Assembly (NCBI GenBank): GCA_937892155.1
Contig: CALAUG010000045.1
Location: 81 to 64,080, forward strand
Direction of reading: 5' to 3'
Length of the DNA: 64,000 nt
From: an uncultured Bacteroidales bacterium
GTDB lineage: Bacteria > Bacteroidota > Bacteroidia > Bacteroidales > UBA1715
In this document: positions 37,819 to 47,957 of the stretch, piece after piece
How positions within the stretch are numbered: the stretch's first letter is position 1
Layout: every line of letters starts with the position of its first letter
Made by a program: the position numbers and the translations under genes
The notes under the pieces: generated by a model
The model's input: only the letters and a program-made list of their open reading frames with translations
The model's database searches: none
What the model was told of the DNA's origin: nothing

Positions 37819-38505
37819 CTATTTAGAAAGCATTTCTTCAAATGCTTTCCACAAATTATCTTCTGGTGTAGGAGCCGTTATTTTAATTGTTTCCTTGGTA
37901 ACAGGGTGTAAAAACTCTACCGAACGTGCATGTAATGAAATGCCACCATCTTTATTGCTTCTTTCAGCTCCATATTTTAGATCACCTTTAATAGGACATC
38001 CCATGTGAGCCAATTGACAACGGATTTGGTGATGTCTTCCTGTATGTAAATCAATTTCTAATAGATGATAATTTTCCGACGAGGCAATTAATCGATAGGT
38101 GAGACTCGCTTCTTTGGCATCTTTTGTTTCTTTGGAGCATACAAAAGATTTATTTTTTTGCGCATCACGTTTAATGTAGTCAGTTATTGTTGCTGTATCT
38201 TGCTTCGGTCGATTTTTAACAATTGCCCAGTATGTTTTTTTCACTTCCTTTGAGCGGAATTGCTCGTTCAGTCTTGTTAGGGCTTTGCTTGTACGTGCGA
38301 AAACCACAACGCCGCTTACAGGTCTATCTATTCTATGAGTTGCATTGAGAAAAACTGCTCCTGGTTTGTTGTATTTTATTTTTATATACTGTTTTGCCAA
38401 ATCTTCCAATGCTAAATCGCCTGTGTTGTCTGCTTGCGCAAGCATATTATTAGGCTTGTTAGCGATTAGTATATGGTTGTCTTCGTATAGAACTTCAAAA
38501 TTCAT
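37819..38505 (-). CDS. RluA-family pseudouridine synthase
   Basis: HRIDRPVSGVVVFA catalytic-Asp motif, HQIRCQLAHMGCPIKGDLKYG. Confidence 0.87.
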   Translation of the reverse strand: MNFEVLYEDNHILIANKPNNMLAQADNTGDLALEDLAKQYIKIKYNKPGAVFLNATHRIDRPVSGVVVFARTSKALTRLNEQFRSKEVKKTYWAIVKNRPKQDTATITDYIKRDAQKNKSFVCSKETKDAKEASLTYRLIASSENYHLLEIDLHTGRHHQIRCQLAHMGCPIKGDLKYGAERSNKDGGISLHARSVEFLHPVTKETIKITAPTPEDNLWKAFEEMLSK

Positions 38506-39326
38506 TAGTATTGTTCTTTTTCGTTCGGAAAATCATTTGATTTTACGTCCTCAATGTAATGTTTTGCAGCATCGGTTATGACTGAAAATAAATCTGCGTA
38601 TCTACGGAGAAAGCGTGGAGAAAAATCTTTATTGATTCCCATAATATCGTGAAATACAAGCACTTGTCCATCTGTCCCGCCACCAGCGCCAATGCCAATA
38701 GTTGGTATAGAAATTTCTTTAGTAACTTTTTCTGCTAATTCAGCTGGAATTTTTTCAAGAACAATTGCGAAGCAACCTGCTTCTTCCAATTTTTTTGCAT
38801 CGGAAAGTAATTTTTTTGCTTCAGCTTCCTCTTTTGCCCGAACTTCGTAAGTGCCGAATTTGTTTATGGATTGTGGTGTTAAACCAAGGTGTCCCATAAC
38901 CGGAATACCAGCAGAAATGATTTTCTTAACTGATTCAATAATTTCTTCGCCACCTTCAATTTTTATTCCTCCACAGCCACTTTCTTTCATCATGCGTATT
39001 GCAGAGTGGAGTGCTTCGAGAGAATCTCCCTGATATGTTCCAAATGGCAGGTCGGCGACAACAAGACTTCTTGAAACTGCTTTTTGTACCGATGAAGCAT
39101 GATATATCATTTGATCAAGTGTAATAGGCAATGTTGTAACATTTCCTGCAATTACGTTTGATGCAGAATCACCGACAAGAATTATATCCATTCCTGCTGC
39201 ATCAAGAATTTTAGCCGTAGAATAATCGTATGCCGTTAACATTGCGATTTTCTCGCCCTGTGCCTTCATCTCGCTTAGAATGCGAGTTGTGATAACTTTC
39301 TTTGAAATTGAATTTGCTGTTGACAT
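38505..39326 (-). CDS. panB: 3-methyl-2-oxobutanoate hydroxymethyltransferase
   Basis: [34 protein letters not shown] motifs. Confidence 0.95.
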   Translation of the reverse strand: MSTANSISKKVITTRILSEMKAQGEKIAMLTAYDYSTAKILDAAGMDIILVGDSASNVIAGNVTTLPITLDQMIYHASSVQKAVSRSLVVADLPFGTYQGDSLEALHSAIRMMKESGCGGIKIEGGEEIIESVKKIISAGIPVMGHLGLTPQSINKFGTYEVRAKEEAEAKKLLSDAKKLEEAGCFAIVLEKIPAELAEKVTKEISIPTIGIGAGGGTDGQVLVFHDIMGINKDFSPRFLRRYADLFSVITDAAKHYIEDVKSNDFPNEKEQY

Positions 39327-39382
39327 TCCTTAAATTTTTTACAAAGGTGCGAAATAAATTCTTAATTCTTAATCTCTAACTT

Positions 39383-40462
39383 TTAATATCCTTCCTGTGT
39401 CAGCCATTTTTGATATGTTTGAGCCTTTTTCAAATGTTGGTCAAATGTGGCAGAAAAATCGCTGTAGCCAGAATAATTCGGTTGTGCGCAGAAGTAATAA
39501 TAATCGTGATGTGCATAATTCAGGACTGCGTCAATGCCTGCTTTTGATGGTGTACAAATGGGGCCGGGAGGCAAACCTTTGTGCTCGTACGTGCTGTATG
39601 GAGATGTTTTTGCACGTTCGATGTGTCCTTTTCTTACGCGTTTAATTTCAAAATCATTCAATGCAAATTTTATTGTTGGATCGGCTTGAAGTTTTCCAGC
39701 AGTCGCAGTACCTTTTAAACGATTCATATACACACCTGCAATTTTTGGTTTTTCATCGTTGTGCCTAGTTTCCTGATCAACAATAGATGCCATTGTCATA
39801 ACTTTTTGTGGCGTAAGACCAATATTGTTTGCTTTATTTGTCCGTTGTTCATTCCAGAAAGCATTGTATTCTTTTGACATACGTTCAAGGAATTGTCGAG
39901 CCGATGTATTCCAATAAAAATCGTATGTGTCAGGCAAAAACATACAAATGGTGTTTTGTTTGTTAAACCCAAGCGAATCCATAAATTGTCGGTTATTTGT
40001 CAACTGAATCAATTCATCATAATTTGCTTCAAGTTTTTCGGAAGCAAGTTCGAGAATCTCATCATAATGGCGTGCAAATTTTATAGTAAACTTTACCGTT
40101 TCACGTTTTCCTGAGCGGAATAACCGTATCACATCAAAACTCGACATACCATCGGAAAGCTTGTATAGACCCGGATATAAATGGTTCTCAAGATTGAGCA
40201 GAGAAGACATTAGTTTCAATCCAAAAAGATGTTTTACGTTGAGCGAGTTATCAATGTCGTCAATAACAGTTTCAACAGATGCTCCCGTTGGAATCGCAAA
40301 ATACATTGATTCAACGTTTTTGTCGTTAGCATAGACGTTTCCTCCGAAGAAAATGCTCCCAAAATATGCTCCTATAGCAACGAATAAAATAAAAACACCA
40401 AGTATGATGCGTGGTGCTTTTGAATGTTTATTTTTTGTCATTGTCTTTAAATTGTTGGTCAA
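39383..40462 (-). CDS. mltG: endolytic murein transglycosylase MltG (YceG-like)
   Basis: N-terminal TM helix, ASIVDQETRHNDEKPKIAGVYMNRL, LQADPT, PYSTYEHKGLPPGPI motifs. Confidence 0.87.
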   Translation of the reverse strand: MTNNLKTMTKNKHSKAPRIILGVFILFVAIGAYFGSIFFGGNVYANDKNVESMYFAIPTGASVETVIDDIDNSLNVKHLFGLKLMSSLLNLENHLYPGLYKLSDGMSSFDVIRLFRSGKRETVKFTIKFARHYDEILELASEKLEANYDELIQLTNNRQFMDSLGFNKQNTICMFLPDTYDFYWNTSARQFLERMSKEYNAFWNEQRTNKANNIGLTPQKVMTMASIVDQETRHNDEKPKIAGVYMNRLKGTATAGKLQADPTIKFALNDFEIKRVRKGHIERAKTSPYSTYEHKGLPPGPICTPSKAGIDAVLNYAHHDYYYFCAQPNYSGYSDFSATFDQHLKKAQTYQKWLTQEGY

Positions 40463-40486
40463 AACTAAAAAAAAACGGCTACGATT

Positions 40487-40494
40487 TATATTTG
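40487..40494 (+). promoter_or_regulatory. candidate -7 promoter box TATATTTG for the esterase gene
   Basis: TAnnTTTG match ~70 nt upstream of ATG 40563. Confidence 0.3.
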
Positions 40495-40562
40495 TTTGTA
40501 TAGAAAAGTTTGCTGTTCTTTATTTTTTAATACATTTGAGAAATTTCTCTAAAAATTTTGAC

Positions 40563-41954
40563 ATGATGAAGAAGTTCTTTTTTGTTTTTATATTGATTTC
40601 ATTAGGACTGGTAAGTTGTAATGATAAAGATAATAATCCCGTTGTCGTAAAGTCAATTGATTGTGAGGAATCTGAAATTTCGTTGTATCCATACGAAAAC
40701 AAGGAAGTTACAATTACTATTTCACCTGAAAATGCCGAAGACAAAGACTATGGTTGGGAAATTATAGACCCAAACATTGCATCTGTAGAAGGCAATGTTT
40801 TTACTGGTAAAATGCCTGGGGAAACGTGGGCAATAGTTTTCAATACTCTTCGCCCAGAAATAAGAGATTCATTAAAAATAACCATTATGGAAATACCTAA
40901 AAAATCTGTGAATTTTGATGACGAAAATATTTGTTACGAGGGTCGTGTAGAAATCGGTTCTGAAGCTGTAAGTTATTTGTATCCAGGATCTTCTATTATT
41001 ACTGAATTCACGGGTACCTCAATTAATGGTAAGTTCAACGCCGTAAAAGATGTGTATTATTGGGTTGAAGTTGATGATCAGAAACCTTATAAATTGTGCG
41101 TCCGTAAAAAAACAAATTATATCGAAAATTCTGGTACTAACCCTGGTACATTTTGGCTTGCACAAAACTTAAAACCAGGCAACCATACATTAAGGGTTAC
41201 GTTGTGTTCGGAGGGAATTTACAAGAATCCGAAATTTTATGGCTTCGAAATCGATGAAAATGCAGAGTTGATGAAACCTGCCGAAAAAACTGTAAAATTT
41301 GAATTTATTGGGAATTCAATCACGTGCGGTTATGGTACGGAAGTAACAAATCGGGCTGCTTTTAATGACTCTACTTCTAATTTCTGCCACGGATTTGCTT
41401 ATTTGGTTTCGAAAGAATTTAATGCACAGCTAATGGTTGTTGCACGTTCTGGTATAGGCGTTTATAGAAATTATGGAGATGCTGAGACTGCTTCGGAATA
41501 TGGATGTCTTCCTGATAATTATGAAAAAATGTGGTTGCAAAATACCAAGAATTGGGATTTTACAAAATATACTCCTGACGTTATATTTATTAACCTAGGA
41601 ACGAACGATACCTGGGATTTGGATAATACTTCTGTCAAGGAATCTACGTTTAATGACGAAAAATATGAAGCAAATTATAAGTCGTTACTTGATAAGATTT
41701 TTTCTCATTATTCGAATAATCCAAAGGTTGTTCTTCTAACAGGTTGTATGATGGGTCAACAGGCTTTAGACCGCGTGAAACCAATACTTAATACTATTCA
41801 AAGCGAATACAATGCAAAAGGTCATACAATCTATCGTTTTGATTTTTCTCAGCAAATTGGTTTAGGTGCTGATTGGCATCCGTGTGCTGCGCAGCAAAAA
41901 ACAATGAGTGAGGAATTGATACCATTTTTGAAAGAAAATCACATTGTTGATTAA
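40563..41954 (+). CDS. lipoprotein: Ig-like (Big_2-type) domain plus CE2-like SGNH carbohydrate esterase
   Basis: Lipobox FILISLGLVSC from ATG 40563. An Ig-like segment, GDSL-type block FIGNSITCGYG, LGTND, and C-terminal DWHP. The ORF-track start at 40353 overlaps mltG and is unlikely. Confidence 0.72.
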   Translation: MMKKFFFVFILISLGLVSCNDKDNNPVVVKSIDCEESEISLYPYENKEVTITISPENAEDKDYGWEIIDPNIASVEGNVFTGKMPGETWAIVFNTLRPEIRDSLKITIMEIPKKSVNFDDENICYEGRVEIGSEAVSYLYPGSSIITEFTGTSINGKFNAVKDVYYWVEVDDQKPYKLCVRKKTNYIENSGTNPGTFWLAQNLKPGNHTLRVTLCSEGIYKNPKFYGFEIDENAELMKPAEKTVKFEFIGNSITCGYGTEVTNRAAFNDSTSNFCHGFAYLVSKEFNAQLMVVARSGIGVYRNYGDAETASEYGCLPDNYEKMWLQNTKNWDFTKYTPDVIFINLGTNDTWDLDNTSVKESTFNDEKYEANYKSLLDKIFSHYSNNPKVVLLTGCMMGQQALDRVKPILNTIQSEYNAKGHTIYRFDFSQQIGLGADWHPCAAQQKTMSEELIPFLKENHIVD

Positions 41955-42309
41955 TTAGAACTCTATTGGGTATTTCTCTGTTTGCATTTTTATAAACAGT
42001 TCCAATAGGTATCATAGATGGTGTGTTCGAGCCGTCCTTTCTCTTTTATGGCTTTTCTCATAGATTAGTATTTTATTGTAATTTGCGGATTTTTGGGTAA
42101 AGGGCTATAAAGAATCTTTTTGAGCTCAATCGATTCATGTTAAAATGTTTTGTGCGTTTCATAAGCGAAATTTGTGCATTGTAGCAAATATCAATACCAC
42201 TTGTTGTGTTTTATCTTTATGATTAGTAAACAAATAATCATGCCTTTTTTATTGGTTGTGTATGGCAATTTTGAGTTGTATAATGGATATTATTACAAGC
42301 TAAAACAAT

Positions 42310-42345
42310 AAAGCGATGCCACACACGACATCGCTTTATTTTGGG
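42310..42345 (+). terminator. plus-strand terminator-like hairpin with no annotated gene immediately upstream
   Basis: AAAGCGATG-N10-CATCGCTTT followed by ATTTT. Confidence 0.45.
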
Positions 42346-42350
42346 CATAA

Positions 42351-42385
42351 AAAAAGCCGATTCACATGAACCGGCTTTTTGTTTA
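42351..42385. terminator. bidirectional terminator downstream of the 173-aa lipoprotein gene
   Basis: AAAAAGCCGATTCACATGAACCGGCTTTTT, a GC-rich stem flanked by A- and T-runs. Confidence 0.6.
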
Positions 42386-42397
42386 TTTGGAATTTTA

Positions 42398-42919
42398 TTA
42401 TTCTATGCGGATTTTAGCATCATCTTTTTTCCAAACTCTAATTTCAGCGATTTCGCTTTCTTCATCGAATGAAAGAATTTCGAAGAAACCTTGACATTTT
42501 TCGTTGAAGAATGCAACTGCTCTACGACCTTTAGCAAGTTTTTTGTCGATTGAAATTTGAGTTGCAGCATTATCAAAACTTAATTCATCAAATCCTTCTG
42601 GAGTAAGATTCTTGATTTCCAAGAATTTTGTTACTGATGCAGTGCTGTTAACGATTGTATTTTTTGCATCTGTACCAGAGATGAATTTGAAGTTGTCAGG
42701 ATCTGTAGTACTGAAAGCAAAGATTACATTTGCACCAGTTTCACCAAGTTGTTCTTTTGTTTGTGCACCGTTGTCATAAGTCCAGAAAGAACCAATTGTT
42801 GCACAGTTTGAACCACCCAATTGAGCTTTTTCACCGAAAACTGTTTCTTCATCATCGCCACAAGCTGCGAAACCGAAAGCAGCTACTAAGCCTAGAGCTA
42901 AGAATTTTAATTTTTTCAT
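42398..42919 (-). CDS. lipoprotein, unknown function
   Basis: Lipobox LVAAFGFAAC. 173 aa, a monocistronic unit with its own promoter box and terminators on both sides. Confidence 0.65.
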   Translation of the reverse strand: MKKLKFLALGLVAAFGFAACGDDEETVFGEKAQLGGSNCATIGSFWTYDNGAQTKEQLGETGANVIFAFSTTDPDNFKFISGTDAKNTIVNSTASVTKFLEIKNLTPEGFDELSFDNAATQISIDKKLAKGRRAVAFFNEKCQGFFEILSFDEESEIAEIRVWKKDDAKIRIE

Positions 42920-42961
42920 AATACTTTTTGTTTAAATTGTTAATTATTAATTTTTACTGCG

Positions 42962-42969
42962 CAAAGATA
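42962..42969 (-). promoter_or_regulatory. candidate -7 promoter box TATCTTTG for the lipoprotein gene
   Basis: Reverse complement of caaagata, ~43 nt upstream of ATG 42919. Confidence 0.35.
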
Positions 42970-43013
42970 CAATTAATTTTTATTGTACAATGAGTTTGTG
43001 TTTTTAATTACAT

Positions 43014-43052
43014 AAAAAAAGAGAGATGCGTTTGCACATCTCTCTTTTTTTG
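43014..43052. terminator. bidirectional Rho-independent terminator
   Basis: AGAGAGATG-CGTTTGCA-CATCTCTCT flanked by A7 and T7 runs. Confidence 0.68.
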
Positions 43053-43077
43053 TTAGAATAAAACTAATACTTAATTT

Positions 43078-44562
43078 CTACCATTTTGTATTTCTCATAT
43101 CACCAGAATTTAAGAATTCCATGTGCATTGCAAATGCTTTGTCAAGCTTGTGCATTGTGTGAGAAGGTTTCGAAGACAGTTTTAAGTAATCCCACAACAA
43201 TTCTTTGTAATCTGGGTGGGCAACTTTTTCAATGATTTCTTTTGCCTTATCCATTGGCGATTTAGCACGAAGGTCAGCAACACCATATTCCGAAACAATC
43301 ACTTTAAGATCGTGTTCAGAGTGGTCTTGGTGAGTTACCATAGGAACTATCGAACTTACCATTCCGCCTTTTGCTGTAGAAGGTGTCGTACAAATGGACA
43401 AATAAGCATTTCTTAAGAAATCGCCCGAACCGCCAATTCCATTCATCATTTTTGTTCCGTAGAAGTGGCTCGAGTTCATGTTACCGAAAATGTCGCATTC
43501 AATAGCTGTGTTGATTGCGATTAATCCTATTCGACGAACAACTTCGGGGCTGTTTGAAATTTCTTGTGGACGAAGAACAATGTGTTGACGGAAGAAATCC
43601 AAATCTCCCATAACTTTGTCCATTGCTTCTTTGCTGCAAGTTAAGGAACTACCGCTGGCAAATTTAATTTGTCCTTCCTGCAACAACCCAATTACAGAAT
43701 CTTGGATAACTTCGGTGTACATTTCAAATGCAGGAATGTCTTTGCTTTCGCCAATTCCGTGTAATACTGCGTTTGCAATATTTCCAACTCCCGATTGAAT
43801 AGGAAGGAATGTGCTTGGAATTCTTCCAACTTTAATTTCGTTGGCAAGGAAATTGGCAACATTTTCGCCAATCTTGATAGTTGTGTCGTCTAATTCCGTA
43901 AATCCTTTAATTTCATCGTCGAAGAATGTTTCAATTACACCAATGATTTTACTTGGGTCAACCTTTAAAACAGGATCTCCAATGCGGTCGCTTGGTTTGT
44001 AAACAGGAATTTCTTTTCTGTATGGTGGATCGTTTGGGATGTAGATGTCGTGAAGACCGCGCATTTCTTTTGGACGATTTGCGTTGTGTTCCAAGATGAT
44101 TTTGTCGGCCAATTGTGCAAATGTTGGAACGTTACCAACAGCTGTTGTCAAAACAAGATTTCCTTGCTCGTCGTAGTCGCAAACTTCAATAACTGCTACA
44201 TCAACTTTCCCGAAATATCCGTAACGGATGTCTTGTGCCAATTGCGACAAGTGATAGTCGCAGTAGCGTATTTTTTGTTCGTTGATTGCCGCGCGTGAAT
44301 CTTTGTTTGTTTGATACGGAGAACGAAGGTCCGTTGCGTTGGCTCTTGCAAGAACGCCATCAAGCGATTCGCCTGTAGAAGCCCCAGTAAATAGGTTAAT
44401 TTTGAAAGGTTTTCCTGCAGCGTGTTCTGCTTCTGCTTTTGCTGCAATAGCAGTACCTATTGCTTTAGGAACACCAACGGCTGTAAAACCACTTACTCCA
44501 ATACTAAAACCATTTTGGATGTACGATGCCGCTTCATCGGCAGTAATAATTGGGAAACTCAT
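43078..44562 (-). CDS. acetyl-CoA hydrolase/transferase family enzyme (succinate/acetate CoA-transferase type)
   Basis: ~494 aa from ATG 44562. GVSGFTAVGVPKA, NGIGGSGDF and the overall layout fit the Cat1/ScpC-like family. Confidence 0.83.
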   Translation of the reverse strand: MSFPIITADEAASYIQNGFSIGVSGFTAVGVPKAIGTAIAAKAEAEHAAGKPFKINLFTGASTGESLDGVLARANATDLRSPYQTNKDSRAAINEQKIRYCDYHLSQLAQDIRYGYFGKVDVAVIEVCDYDEQGNLVLTTAVGNVPTFAQLADKIILEHNANRPKEMRGLHDIYIPNDPPYRKEIPVYKPSDRIGDPVLKVDPSKIIGVIETFFDDEIKGFTELDDTTIKIGENVANFLANEIKVGRIPSTFLPIQSGVGNIANAVLHGIGESKDIPAFEMYTEVIQDSVIGLLQEGQIKFASGSSLTCSKEAMDKVMGDLDFFRQHIVLRPQEISNSPEVVRRIGLIAINTAIECDIFGNMNSSHFYGTKMMNGIGGSGDFLRNAYLSICTTPSTAKGGMVSSIVPMVTHQDHSEHDLKVIVSEYGVADLRAKSPMDKAKEIIEKVAHPDYKELLWDYLKLSSKPSHTMHKLDKAFAMHMEFLNSGDMRNTKW

Positions 44563-44764
44563 AATAAATAGTTTATCAAAAATTTTTGGCAAAAGTAATG
44601 ATAAAATCTGAAATCAAAAGAATTTGATGTGTTAAGTATTTGAATATTCGTGTGCTTTCATTAGTTTTGTAGAAGGTCAAAAAATAGGAATCGGATTTTT
44701 TGCCTGGCAACTGATGTTATAGCAGCTAAGTGTGTCATTTCAAATTTTCATAAAATTAAATCAA

Positions 44765-45538
44765 ATGGGGAAAAACAACATTCTTTTACATTTGTTATGT
44801 GTTTTTGTATGTGTGGCTGTAAATACTTCGTGCGCGCAGCAACACTATAAATCTAAAGAATTGGCAATGGTGACCGACAACCGTTCGTGTCAGATAATAG
44901 AACATATTGGTTATACTGTCTGCTACAACACTCAGTGGCATATTCCTAATTGGGTTGCATACGAACTTACGTCGCAAGAAACAATGGGGCAGGTTCCTCG
45001 AAAAGGTAATGATTTCTTTCAGCCTGATCCACAAGCTTCCGATGTTACGAGTTATTCGGATTATTCCGCTTCGGGTTATGATAGGGGACATATGGCTCCT
45101 GCCGGCGATATGAAGTGGAGCAAACAATCGATGATGGAAAGTTTTTATCTGTCAAATATTTGTCCGCAAAATCATAGTTTGAACGATGGAATATGGAAAC
45201 AATTGGAGGAAAAATCACGTTCGTGGGCACAGCAATATGGTTCAATATACATTGTGTGTGGACCGCTTGTTTCTGAAAACTATACTACTATAGGCGAAAA
45301 TAAAATTGTTGTGCCAGATTCATTTTTTAAGGTTATCTTAAAAAAGAATGGGAAAGGATATGATGCAATAGGATTTGTGTTTAAAAATGAGGCAGGACAG
45401 TCCAATCTTGCATCACATGCTGTTACAGTAGACAGTGTGGAGGATCTTTCGAATATTAATTTCTTTTATTCGTTGCCCGACAAAACAGAAAATGAAGTAG
45501 AGGCGCAATATTCCTTACAATCGTGGGGATTTCGGTAG
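44765..45538 (+). CDS. secreted DNA/RNA non-specific endonuclease (beta-beta-alpha-Me, NucA/EndoG-like)
   Basis: Active-site DRGHMAPAGD, downstream NICPQ. Signal peptide from ATG 44765. Confidence 0.85.
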   Translation: MGKNNILLHLLCVFVCVAVNTSCAQQHYKSKELAMVTDNRSCQIIEHIGYTVCYNTQWHIPNWVAYELTSQETMGQVPRKGNDFFQPDPQASDVTSYSDYSASGYDRGHMAPAGDMKWSKQSMMESFYLSNICPQNHSLNDGIWKQLEEKSRSWAQQYGSIYIVCGPLVSENYTTIGENKIVVPDSFFKVILKKNGKGYDAIGFVFKNEAGQSNLASHAVTVDSVEDLSNINFFYSLPDKTENEVEAQYSLQSWGFR

Positions 45539-45545
45539 AATTTTA

Positions 45546-47735
45546 CTAATTGGCTTTTTCGCTCAGGAACTTGATACGCACTAAACGAATCTCTTGTTCT
45601 TCGTATCCTTCAGGAATTAATTCGTCTATGGCATCTTTTACAGATTCCGAATCAGTTTCAGAAAAATATTCGTATAACTCGTCAATAACTGCAGCGTCAA
45701 CTTCTTCGTTGATGTAGTAGTCAATGTTGATTTTTGTTCCAGAATTGACAATGCTTTCTATTTCTGCGAGTAGTTCATTCAATTCCAGACCTAATGCTTC
45801 GGCCATATCATCAAGAGATAATCGTTTGTCTATATTCTTAATAATCTGAACTTTATTGCTTGATTTATTAACAACAGATTTAACTATTAAATCTTGTGGA
45901 CGTTCTATCTCGTTTTCTTCAACGTATTTTTTTATTAAGTCAGTAAATGGTTGCCCGTATTTTTTCGCTTTACCTTCTCCAACACCAGAAATATTTTTCA
46001 ATTCTTCAAGTGTTATAGGGTATTGAATAGCCATTTCGTTAATGGAAATTTCTTGAAAAACTACGTATGGAGGAACATTATTTTTTGTAGCAACTTTTTT
46101 ACGTAAGTCCATCAACATAGCAACTAATGTTGGGTCAAGGGCAGCGCCTGCTGACGGAGCAACTTGTTCAGAATCATCTTCTTCGTAGTTGTGATCTTCA
46201 GTAATAGTGAAAGAATAAGGATTTTGTAAAAATGCTTGTCCTTCTTCGGTTATTTTAAGAAGCCCATAGTTTTCTATTTCTTTATCAAGAAGATGTTTCA
46301 TCAATAATTGTCGGATAATGGCATTCCAATATTTTGCATTATGATCTTTACCACTTCCGAATTCTTCTAATTCGTTGTGTCTATATGTTTTAATTTCGGA
46401 AGAATTGGTACCAAGAATTATCTCAACAATGTGCCCAATTTTGAATCGTTCTTTAACGGCTTTAATAACTTCCAATACTAGAACGGCATCGTCCTTTACT
46501 TCAATCAGTGGCTTTGGATGTAAACAGTTGTCGCAGTTTCCACAATCTTCTTCCATATCTTCACCGAAGTATTTAAGTAATACTTTAACACGACACATGC
46601 TTGATTCTGCGTATGAAGAAGTTTCGAGAAGTAATTGTTTACCAATTTCTTGTTCGGCAACAGGTTTACCTTCCATAAATTTTTCAAGTCGTTGTATGTC
46701 TTTATAGTTATAGAAAGCGATGCATTTACCTTCGCCGCCGTCCCGTCCCGCACGTCCCGTTTCCTGATAGTATCCTTCTAACGATTTAGGAATGTTATAG
46801 TGAATAACAAAACGTACATCAGGCTTATCGATACCCATACCAAATGCAATTGTTGCAACAATCACATCAACTTTTTCCATAAGGAATTTGTCTTGGTTTG
46901 CGCTTCTCGTACTTGCATCAAGGCCAGCATGGTAGGGGAGTGCTTTTATGCCATTAACTATTAACGTGTCGGCAAGTTCTTCAACTTTTTTTCTGCTGAG
47001 GCAGTATATAATACCCGATTTGCCAGGGTTTTCTCTAATGAAATTTATAATCTGTTTTGTTGCGTCAGCTTCACTCGTCTGTGGTCGAATCTCGTAGTAT
47101 AAATTTTCCCTGCGGAATGACGATTTGAAGACTTTTGCTTCTAACATTCCAAGATTTTTTTGGATATCATTTTGAACCTTGGGAGTTGCAGTTGCAGTCA
47201 GAGCGATTAGTGGAGCCCTGCCAATGGCTTCAACAATAGGTTTGATTCTTCTATATTCTGGTCTAAAATCGTGCCCCCATTCAGAGATGCAATGTGCTTC
47301 GTCTATAGCAAAAAATGAAATTTTGATGCTTTTAAAGAACTCTATGCTGTCTTCCTTCGTTAACGATTCAGGTGCTACATAAAGCATTTTTGTAATTCCG
47401 TTGCGGACGTCTTCTTTTACTTGTGAAACTTCGGAGCGTGTTAAAGATGAATTTAAAAAATGTGCAATCCTGTTGTCTATACTGTATCCTCGCATGGAAT
47501 CAACCTGGTTTTTCATCAATGCTATAAGAGGAGAAATGATAACTGCAGTTCCGTCCATTAAAATTGCCGGCAATTGATAACATAATGATTTCCCGCCACC
47601 GGTTGGCATAAGCACAAATGTGTCGTTGCCTTCCATCAAACTAACAATTACCTCTTTCTGGTTTCCTTTGAATGAATCAAAACCAAATTTTTCTTTTAGA
47701 CACTTGAGTAGTTCTTTTTCGTCAACTTTTGACAT
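45546..47735 (-). CDS. recQ: ATP-dependent DNA helicase RecQ
   Basis: FGFDSFKGNQ, PTGGGKSLCYQLPA, DEAHCISEWGHDFRPEY, zinc-binding C..C..C cluster, RQC and C-terminal HRDC (EISINEMA...). 729 aa. Confidence 0.96.
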   Translation of the reverse strand: MSKVDEKELLKCLKEKFGFDSFKGNQKEVIVSLMEGNDTFVLMPTGGGKSLCYQLPAILMDGTAVIISPLIALMKNQVDSMRGYSIDNRIAHFLNSSLTRSEVSQVKEDVRNGITKMLYVAPESLTKEDSIEFFKSIKISFFAIDEAHCISEWGHDFRPEYRRIKPIVEAIGRAPLIALTATATPKVQNDIQKNLGMLEAKVFKSSFRRENLYYEIRPQTSEADATKQIINFIRENPGKSGIIYCLSRKKVEELADTLIVNGIKALPYHAGLDASTRSANQDKFLMEKVDVIVATIAFGMGIDKPDVRFVIHYNIPKSLEGYYQETGRAGRDGGEGKCIAFYNYKDIQRLEKFMEGKPVAEQEIGKQLLLETSSYAESSMCRVKVLLKYFGEDMEEDCGNCDNCLHPKPLIEVKDDAVLVLEVIKAVKERFKIGHIVEIILGTNSSEIKTYRHNELEEFGSGKDHNAKYWNAIIRQLLMKHLLDKEIENYGLLKITEEGQAFLQNPYSFTITEDHNYEEDDSEQVAPSAGAALDPTLVAMLMDLRKKVATKNNVPPYVVFQEISINEMAIQYPITLEELKNISGVGEGKAKKYGQPFTDLIKKYVEENEIERPQDLIVKSVVNKSSNKVQIIKNIDKRLSLDDMAEALGLELNELLAEIESIVNSGTKINIDYYINEEVDAAVIDELYEYFSETDSESVKDAIDELIPEGYEEQEIRLVRIKFLSEKAN

Positions 47736-47907
47736 ATACCTTGTTTCAAAAACGTTTTTTTATTTTCACAACCAACACAACAAGAACATTGGAGTATTTT
47801 CATAGTGAAATTACTACTTTTATTTAGAATAACAAAAATATTTTCGTCACAATTTTAGTGTGGTATCAATTCGCTGATTTTTACCAAAATCTTATTGTTT
47901 AAAGTTC

Positions 47908-47915
47908 TATATTTG
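47908..47915 (+). promoter_or_regulatory. candidate -7 promoter box TATATTTG for kpsF
   Basis: TAnnTTTG match ~43 nt upstream of the start. Confidence 0.3.
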
Positions 47916-47957
47916 CGTAGAAAAAATTAGCCTTGTTTTGGCAAAAAATAGAATATC

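Noticed and set aside
40353-40562. N-terminal extension of the esterase ORF (ORF-track start 40353)
   Set aside because: The extension overlaps the 5-prime end of mltG on the opposite strand and precedes a clean lipoprotein signal peptide that starts at ATG 40563. A TAnnTTTG box at 40487 also lies inside the extension.
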